A DNA stretch of 15,707 nt. Source: Selaginella moellendorffii (taxonomy: Eukaryota > Plantae > Lycopodiophyta). Shown here in pieces: positions 8,410 to 15,707 of the stretch. The notes beneath the pieces are model-generated. The model was not told the DNA's origin. It did not search any database and saw only the letters and a program-made list of their open reading frames with translations. Numbering within the stretch: position 1 is the stretch's first letter; each line of letters starts with the position of its first letter. The position numbers were made by a program, and so were the translations under genes. The stretch spans positions 1,838,159 to 1,853,865 of the forward strand of contig NW_003314288.1 in NCBI RefSeq assembly GCF_000143415.4. The letters are read 5' to 3'.

Positions 8410-9154
8410 AAATGAAAGAACTCAAGGACTATTGCTATAGATCCGTATGAAAACCAAAATGAATGAATGTGTGTATTGGTTTGCAAAAGATAAAGACTCA
8501 ACTCCACTTTAGGAGTGGAGTCGACGCACTTAACCTGCTTTCTCTTAAGTTCTTGCTTAAGAGAACGCAGGTTTATATTTTGCTCAATTGTGCAAGTGAG
8601 TTGGATGCCCTACTGGAGAGCGAGCTTGATAGTCTTTGGAGGGATGTAAAAATGCAAGAGGAGATCGAAAATTGAACCCTCCCTTGCTGCTACTGTCTCC
8701 TCCGTGTACCGCCAGCAACTTCAAAGTGCATTTTGCATTGCATAACACTGAATTCTCACCTGAAATTAGTATAGCAAACTTATTAACTCATTCATTAGGG
8801 ATCTCATGAGCCATTCGTTCGCTAAGCTTTTCCAGGTCTTCTACCACCATGCCTTCTGTCCCCGCCCTCGGCTTCACCGACCTGTCTGTTGCCCTCCCTG
8901 ATGCCTCTTGGGTTGGTCAGCATGGTCCTCACCTGCTTTACAAAAACTCCACCAACATGATGCAAACATTTGATTCAGCCACAATAAATAAGTTAAATAG
9001 CAAGCTTAGAGACCGGCACAGCGTCCCCATCTATCTATAAAAAATTAGATTTTACCAATTAAGATAAACAGTAGTCTAGCCACAGTGCTCCAGGATGCTT
9101 CCTTGAAAACTTAATAGAGTTTATAAGATGTTTCCTTGAAGACTTAATAGAGTG

Positions 9155-9162
9155 TATAAATA
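9155..9162 (+). promoter_or_regulatory. TATA box, reductase copy 1
   Basis: TATAAATA ~60 nt upstream of the ATG, conserved in all three promoters. Confidence 0.7.
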
Positions 9163-9217
9163 CACAGCACCACAAGCTAGAGCAAATAAGTAGCAAATTA
9201 GAGCAAAGAGCACGGCA

Positions 9218-10521
9218 ATGGAAGCAAGCAAGAAGGTCGTGTGTGTGACTGGAGCCGGGGGTTTCATTGCCTCTTGGATTGTAAAGCAGCTTCTGGAGAA
9301 AGACTATACTGTTCACGGCACCGTGCGCGACCCAAGTAAGCATAGATTTCTCCCTTATCCATAGCCGAAATCTGAATGACCCAATCATCAGGTAACAATG
9401 CGAAGTGTGGACATCTCAAGCAGCTCCCAGGAGCTGGGGAGAGGCTCAAGCTGTTCAAAGCCGATGTTCTCGACTACGATTCCATTGTCCCGGCAGTCCG
9501 GGGCTGTGAGGCCGTCTTCCACACAGCCTGCCCCTTCTTCTGGAAGTTGGACACCCCAGATGTGAGAGTCTAGCTGGTTTTGCTCGTGGGCGATGAGAAA
9601 TTTCGAGTTTTGTTTTCTGTCAGGATGTGTTGGTCCCGGCAATCACTGGAACGGAGAATGTGATGCGTGCTTGCAGCGAGGAGAAGATCAAGCGAGTGGT
9701 GATGACTTCCTCCGGCGCAGCGGTCATGTTTGACCCCGATCGTCCCGAGGACAAGGTGGTTGATGAGAGCTGCTGGACGAACGTTGACCACTGCCGCAAA
9801 AACGAGGCAACTAAATGGGACTGGCTTTTGACTTGGTTTGACTCTTGACTCTCACTTCGTTTTGCAGCGGTGGTACTTGGTTGCCAAGACGGAGTCGGAG
9901 AAGACGGCATGGAAGTTTGCCGAAGAGAAAGGGCTCAAACTTCTCGTGGTGTGCCCGGTTTACGTGTTTGGTCCTCTCTTGCAACAAACCCTCAACAGTA
10001 GCAGCGAATACCTCAAAGAAGTTGTAGAAGGTTTGACTGTGGTTTCGTTGGTCTTCTCGTACAGACATTTATCTTGTTTGAGATGATCTAGGTTCCCGGA
10101 ATCATTCACCAAGTTCTTACATTCCTCTCGTGGACGTGAGAGATGTTGCAAAAGCTCACATTTTGGCAGTCGAGAACGAGGCTGCTTCGGGCCGCTACTT
10201 TTGCGTTGCACTGAGCGTTTCCCACAGAGACGTCCTGAAATCGGTCAAGGAAAAGTTCCCCGAGCTTCGCTGCTGTGCCCAAGAGTGAGTGTACTTTCAT
10301 CCCTTTTTGTTCAGTTTTGTTCAAAGCGTAATGAGATTTGTATGGGTAGGGGGGTTCCTGAAACGAGCTTTGGAGTTCCTCACGCCGGAAGATACGATGG
10401 AATCCCCCCCGAGAAGATTGGGAACAAGAAAACTACAGAGCTAATTGGAGGATTCATACCTTATGAACAAACTCTCTTCGACACCATTGCTAGCATCCGT
10501 GAACGAGGTTTTCTGCCATGA
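9218..10521 (+). CDS. Cinnamoyl-CoA reductase-like / dihydroflavonol reductase-like NAD(P)H-dependent extended SDR, copy 1, 332 aa
   Basis: Exons 9218-9335, 9392-9561, 9624-9806, 9868-10030, 10092-10284 and 10350-10521 total 999 nt in frame; intron 3 is GC-AG. Motifs: [13 protein letters not shown] (Rossmann fold), [23 protein letters not shown] (catalytic Ser), WYLVAK (YxxxK), [16 protein letters not shown]. Confidence 0.9.
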
Positions 10522-11081
10522 AAATGAACTTAAGGACTATTGCTATAGATCTGTATGAAAACGAAAATGAATGAATGTGCATATTGGTTTGCAAAAGATA
10601 AAGACTCTCAACTCCACTTTAGGAGTGAAGTTAACGCACTTAACCTTCTTTCTCTTAAGTTCCTGCTTCCTCAAAGAGAACGCAGCTCTTATATTTTGCT
10701 CTTGTTATGGAATTGTCCAAGTGAGTTGGATGCCCTAGTGGAGTGCGACGTGTTAGTGTTCGGAGGATGTAAAAATAAGAGAAGATTGAAAATTGAACCC
10801 TCCCTTGCTGCTACCGTCGCACCAGCCATTCTAACCTGAAATTAGTATAGTAGCTGAAGAGCATATTGCTACTTTACAAAAACTCCACCAACATGTCTCA
10901 TTTAGCCACAATAAATAAGGTAAATAGCACGCTTAATAGCGTCCCCATCTATCTATAAAAAATCAATTAAGTTAAACAGTAGCCTAGAGACCGGCGCCAC
11001 AGTGCTCCAGTTGCGACGCCACAGCGCTCCAGGATGCTTCCTCAGAAGGCAAGCGGAAATTCTTGAAGACTTGATAGAGTG

Positions 11082-11089
11082 TATAAATA
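11082..11089 (+). promoter_or_regulatory. TATA box, reductase copy 2
   Basis: TATAAATA at the position homologous to copy 1. Confidence 0.7.
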
Positions 11090-11137
11090 CACAGCAGCGC
11101 AAGCTAGAGCAAATAAGTAGCAAAAAGAGCAAAGAGC

Positions 11138-12465
11138 ATGGCAATGGAAGAAAGCAAGAAGGTCGTGTGTGTGACTGGAGCCGGGGGTTTCATTGCCTCT
11201 TGGATTGTAAAGCAGCTTCTGGAGAAAGGCTATACTGTTCACGGCACCGTGCGCGACCCAAGTAAGCATAGACTTCTCCCTTTTACCTTTGATCCATAGC
11301 CGAAATCTGAATGACCCAATCATCAGGTAACAATGCGAAGTGTGGACATCTCAAGCAGCTCCCAGGAGCTGGGGAGAGGCTCAAGCTGTTCAAAGCCGAT
11401 GTTCTCGACTACGATTCCATTGTCCCGGCAGTCCGGGGCTGTGAGGCCGTCTTCCACACAGCCTGCCCCTTCTTCTGGAAGTTTGACACCCCAGATGTAA
11501 GAATCTAGCTGGTTTTGCTCGTGGGCGATGAGAAATTTCGAGTTTTGTTTTCTGTCAGGATGTGTTGGTCCCGGCAATCACTGGAACGGAGAATGTGATG
11601 CGTGCTTGCAGCGAGGAGAAGATCAAGCGAGTGGTGATGACTTCCTCCGGCGCAGCGGTCATGTTTGACCCCGATCGTCCCGAGGACAAGGTGGTTGATG
11701 AGCGCTGCTGGACGAACGTTGACCACTGCCGCAAAAACGAGGCAAGTAAATGGGACTTGCTTTGGACTTAATTTAACTCTTGACTCTTGTGCGTTGGACT
11801 TCGTTTTGCAGCGGTGGTACTTGGTTGCCAAGACCGAGGCGGAGAAGACAGCATGGAAGTTTGCCGAAGAGAAAGGGCTCAAACTTCTCGTGGTGTGCCC
11901 GGTTTACGTGTTTGGTCCTCTCTTGCAACAAACCCTCAACACTAGCAGCGAATATCTCAAGGAAGTTGTAGAAGGTTTGACTGTTGTTTCCTTGGTTTTC
12001 TCGCACAGACATTTATCTTGTTTGTGATAATCTAGGTTCCCGGAATCCTTCGCCAAGTTCTTACATTCCTCTCGTGGACGTGAGAGATGTTGCAAAAGCT
12101 CACATTTTGGCAGTCGAGAACGAGGCTGCTTTGGGGCGCTACTTTTGCGTTGCACTGAGCGTTTCCCACAGAGACGTCCTGAAATTGGTCAAGGAAAAGT
12201 TCCCTGAGCTTCGCTGCTGTGCCCACGAGTGAGTTTACTTTCATTCCTTTTTGTTCAGTTTTGTTCAAAGCGTAATGAGATTTGTATGGGTAGGGGTGTT
12301 TCTGAAACGAGCATTGGAATTCCTCATGCCGGAAGATACGATGGAATCCCCCCCGAGAAGATTGGGAACAAGAAAACTACAGAGCTAATTGGAGGATTCA
12401 TACCTTATGAACAAACTCTCTTCGACACCATTGCTAGCATCCGTGAACGAGGTTTTCTGCCATGA
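11138..12465 (+). CDS. Cinnamoyl-CoA reductase-like / dihydroflavonol reductase-like NAD(P)H-dependent extended SDR, copy 2, 334 aa (alternative start 11144)
   Basis: Exons 11138-11261, 11327-11496, 11559-11741, 11812-11974, 12036-12228 and 12294-12465 join in frame with the same motifs as copy 1. The intron 3 donor is AG|GCAAGT. Confidence 0.92.
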
Positions 12466-13104
12466 AAATGAAAGAACTCAAGGACTATTGCTATAGATCT
12501 GTATGAAAACGAAAATGAATGAATGTGCGTATTGGTTTGCAAATTATAAAGACTCTCAACTCCACTTTACGCACTTAACCTGCTTTCTCTTAAGTTCTTG
12601 CTTACTCAAAGAGAACGTCTTATATTTTGCTGTTGTTATGGAATTGTCCAGGGTTCTAAGAGGGATGGCGATGGCGAGTTGGATGCCCTAGTGGAGTGCG
12701 ACGTGTTCCGAGCTTGATAGTATTTGGAGGAAAAATGCAAGAGAAGATTGAAAATTGAACCCTCTCTTGCTGCTACTGTCGCCTCCGTGTACCACCAGCA
12801 ACTTCAAAGCGCATTTTGCATTTCATAAACACTGCATTCTCACCTAAAATTAGTATTGTAGAAGTAAAAGGTGCAAGAGCATATTGCTGCTTTACAAAAA
12901 CTCCACCACCACTGCCCAACATGATGCACACATCTAATTTAGCCACAATAAATAAGTTAAATAGCAATCTTAGAGACCGGCACAGCGTCCCCATCTATCT
13001 ATAAAACATTAAATTCTACCAATAAGTCTAGAGACCGGTGCCCACAGTGCTCCAGGATGCTTGCTCAGAAGGCAAGCGGAAATTCTTGAAGACTTGATAG
13101 AGTG

Positions 13105-13112
13105 TATAAATA
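13105..13112 (+). promoter_or_regulatory. TATA box upstream of reductase pseudogene copy 3
   Basis: TATAAATA at the homologous position. Confidence 0.55.
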
Positions 13113-13161
13113 CACAGCAGCGCAAGCTAGAGCAAGTAAGTAGCAAATTAAAGCAAAGAGC

Positions 13162-14278
13162 ATGGCAATGGAAGCAAGCAAGAATCATGTGTGTGACTGG
13201 AGCCGGGGGTTTCATTGCCTCTTGGATTGTAAAGCAGCTTCTCGAGAAGCTACACGGTTCACGGCACCGTGTGCAATCCAAGTAAGTAGTATTGGATCCA
13301 CCACCTGCACCTGAATGACCCATGCATGGTATGTGTATCGTCAGGTAACAATGCCAAGTGTGGACATCTCAAGCAGCTCCCAGGAGCTGGCGAGAGGCTC
13401 AAGCTGTTGAAAGCCGGTGTTCTCGACTACAACCTGGCAGTCTGGGGCTGTGATGCCGTCTTTCACGCAGACTGCCCCTTCCTCTGGAATTTTGACACCG
13501 CAGATGTGAGAATCTTGCTGGTTTTATCTCATGAGAAATTATCTGGGTTTTCTTTTCTGCCAGGATGTGTTGGTCCCAGGAATCACTGGAACGGAGGATG
13601 TGATGCGTGGTTGCAGTGAGGATCCTCACTGCAAGATCAAGCGAGTGGTGATGACCTCTTCCGGCACCGCGGTCATGTGTGACTCGGATCGTCCGGAGGA
13701 CAAGATGGTTGACGAGAGCTAGCATTGACTACTACCGAGGGCAAGTCAATGGATTTGGACTTTAGTTTGAGTCTTTTGAGTTGACATTGTTTTGCAGCGG
13801 TGGTACTGGAGTCTGAGAAGACAGCATGGTCTAGAACTTGTCGTGGTGTGCCTGTGTGATGTGTTTGGCCCTCTCTTGCAACAGACCATGAACACTAGCA
13901 ACGAATATCTCAAGTTGTGGAAGGTTAGTTTCTTTGGTTTTCTCATACAAACACAATGTCTTGTTTGTGGTGATCCAGGTTCCCAGAATCCTTTGCTAAG
14001 TGCTTACATTCCTTTTGTGGACGTGAAAGATGTTGCAAAAGTTCACATATTGGTAGTTGAGGACGAGACTGCTTTAGGGTTCCCATGGAGACGTCCTGAA
14101 ATCGGTCAAGGAAAAGCTCCCCGGGCTTTGCAGCTGTGGAGTTTTGCATTTCATTGGTTTTTTCAAAGTGTTTACGAAATTTTGATGTGTAGGGTGTAAC
14201 GACCATTGGCATTCCTCATGCCAGAACATACGATGGAATCCCTCCTGAGAAGAATAAAACTACAGATCTAATCAGAGG
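13162..14278 (+). pseudogene. CCR/DFR-like reductase pseudogene (array copy 3)
   Basis: All six exons are recognisable. Lesions include a frameshift near 13185, a premature TAG at 13720-13722, loss of the catalytic Lys (CGGTGGTAC joined to GGAGTCTGAGAAG), further deletions in exons 2-6, and interruption of exon 6 by an LTR element at 14279. Confidence 0.92.
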
Positions 14279-14388
14279 TGACACGAACAACAGGAATATT
14301 CCAAGAATATTCCATGGCCCGAGGATTTAAGTTTGTAACGCCTTAAGGGTTGGGAGTTAGCCTAGGGTTCACTCTCTTGTTCGTTTCA
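14279..14388 (+). repeat. 5' LTR (110 bp) of the right-hand gypsy element
   Basis: Begins TGACACGAACAA and ends TTGTTCGTTTCA (12-bp inverted repeat, 1 mismatch). It starts exactly where homology to reductase exon 6 stops and is followed after 1 nt by the PBS. Confidence 0.8.
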
Positions 14389-15707
14389 TTGGTATTGGAG
14401 CAACATGTTCTTTTGGGGATAGTGGGTGAGCAAAAGATTGATCATGATGAAGAGTATAGCATTAGTGATGATAACCATGAAGATGCAGAAGAATCTCTTG
14501 ATGATGTCGTTGTGCGGCAAGGACACTTGTGGTTCAGAGTGACATAAATGAAGTTAAGGATTCCGTCAATCTCATTAAGGATTTCTTACTTCGCATGGAC
14601 CCTCAAAGGTTGAATCGATCTTATGTCCGTGATTACCATTGGTACATCAAGCATGCCAAGGATTATGGTATTATGGAATGAAAATCATCACTGGATGTTT
14701 GTGATAGTTAAAAAGTTGATTCTTAGTTGGAATTGTGAGAAAGTTGTTGGTTTCACAATCCTTGTGAGGATTAGGTGAAGATAGATTTCTTTGTGATGAA
14801 GCTTATAGGCCATGTTTCTTCGTGGTGGAAGAACTACATCAAAGCTAATCCGAGGCCGACTTCTTGGACTGATTTGATAAAGGTTTTTTGCGCTTCATTT
14901 GTCAAGAAGTTTGAAGAGGTTGATCTTGTGAATCAGTTGTTAGAGATTCGGTAGGGGACTTTGTCTTTGGATGCATATGCCTGCAAGTTCCGTGATCTTT
15001 GCTTTAGTCTCACAAGCACCTATAATGAGCTGCTAAAGGTGCAATGTTTTATCAAAGGATTGAGCTTAGTGGATATGTAGCAGAAGGTCAAGAAGGATTT
15101 TCCAGCAACATTGATTGATGCTATCACTAAGGCTCAAATCTTTTTGCCCAAACCGTCGGTCAACTCAGTCAACTCAGGTCAAAAGGATGGTCTCTAGGGT
15201 GGTCAACGTGATGACCAATCCACCAATACTTCATCTATAGGGAAGAAATGGCTGTTGTTTTGTCGTAGCTCGAAGAGTGGAGATGGCAATGAAGACATCG
15301 GTTAAACCAACGAGAGAAGGACAAGGTGGAGGGCAATTGTTTTCGTTGTCACAAGGCTGGACGGCAAAGATTGTCCTCTTGTGAAGGGATTAAAGAATGT
15401 TAAGGTGAATATGGTGGAATCCATTGTGGATACAGCTCAGGCATTTGCTATGGTGGCTCTTCCACACCCTGTGGCAAAAATTCAAGAATCTAAGTCTTGA
15501 GTTCGTATCAACTCTGTTGAAATTAATAGTTCTATGTGCAATCAACTTGTTGAAGGCCAAGGCGGACATTTAGGGTAATGCTGTTAGTATCCTTTTCAAT
15601 CTAGGTGCTACACACAACTTTTTTGAGCTCCAAGGTGGTGAAGAAACTTGCGTTTGCTTTGTGGAAAAAAATTCCAGTAATCCTACAAGGTGGTTATGGC
15701 CAGATGG
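14279..15707 (+). mobile_element. Ty3/gypsy LTR retrotransposon, degenerate, 5' portion (LTR-PBS-gag-protease), running off the right edge
   Basis: LTR 14279-14388 and PBS-like TGGTATTGGAGC at 14390-14401. A gag-like frame at ~14800-15150 reads KLIGHVSSWWKNY..PTSWTDLIKVF..LLEIR*GTLSLDAYACKFRDL..FIKGL..PATLIDAITKA. A zinc-knuckle remnant GNCFRCHKAG/KDCP lies at ~15332-15377 and an aspartic protease motif ILFNLGATHNF (cf. DSGATHNF) at ~15589-15621. Confidence 0.9.

Larger units (their letters stand above)
8094..14278 (+). repeat. Tandem gene array, ~1.9-2.1 kb unit including homologous intergenic spacers
   Basis: Stop codons end at 8409, 10521 and 12465. Spacers 8410-9217, 10522-11137 and 12466-13161 align with each other (e.g. 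CTATTGCTATAGATC, GAAAATTGAACCCTC, GCCACAATAAATAAG, GTGTATAAATACACAGC). Confidence 0.95.

Noticed and set aside
8951-8957. AC-element-like ACCAAC in reductase spacers (also 10887)
   Set aside because: It reads ACCAACA, not the ACCAACC consensus, and is disrupted in the third spacer; too weak to claim MYB/lignin regulation.
8463-9040. Spacer ORFs recurring at 8463/10555/12503 and 8849/12816
   Set aside because: The similarity comes from the tandem duplication; frame-breaking indels differ among copies, so there is no sign of coding constraint.
10301-10314. Stronger-looking acceptor CCCTTTTTGTTCAG inside intron 5
   Set aside because: It would give a 30-nt intron, which is too short; the TAG ending at 10349 restores the frame and has a counterpart in all copies.
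9218-12465. Assigning the symbol CCR, DFR or TKPR
   Set aside because: The CCR signature NWYCYGK is absent and orthology cannot be determined without a phylogeny.

Overview
Eukaryotic land-plant genomic DNA. The 56-70 nt introns, tight gene packing and an Lhca4 orthologue suggest a compact genome such as the lycophyte Selaginella (inference only). Positions 1-5300 hold two back-to-back LTR retrotransposons. A younger, CpG-rich minus-strand element (194-bp LTR 1391-1584, tRNA-iMet PBS, hexamer repeat, gag-like remnant) appears inserted into the 5' LTR of an old, decayed plus-strand element (~1585-5297). Next come an intact 3-exon photosystem I antenna gene LHCA4 (6134-7203) and a single-exon secreted 8-cysteine nsLTP/prolamin-like protein with an atypical CxxC motif and a Gly/Ser linker (7576-7956). 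These are followed by a ~2-kb-unit tandem array of CCR/DFR-like NAD(P)H-dependent reductases: a 3' fragment (8094-8409), two intact 6-exon copies (9218-10521, 11138-12465) with a GC-AG third intron, and a pseudogene (13162-14278). The pseudogene's last exon is interrupted by a third Ty3/gypsy element with a 110-bp LTR (14279-end). No RNA genes or CRISPR arrays are seen. The least explained items are the atypical Cys-rich protein, the unknown substrate of the reductase array and several TE-junction oddities. All alignments and counts were made by eye.
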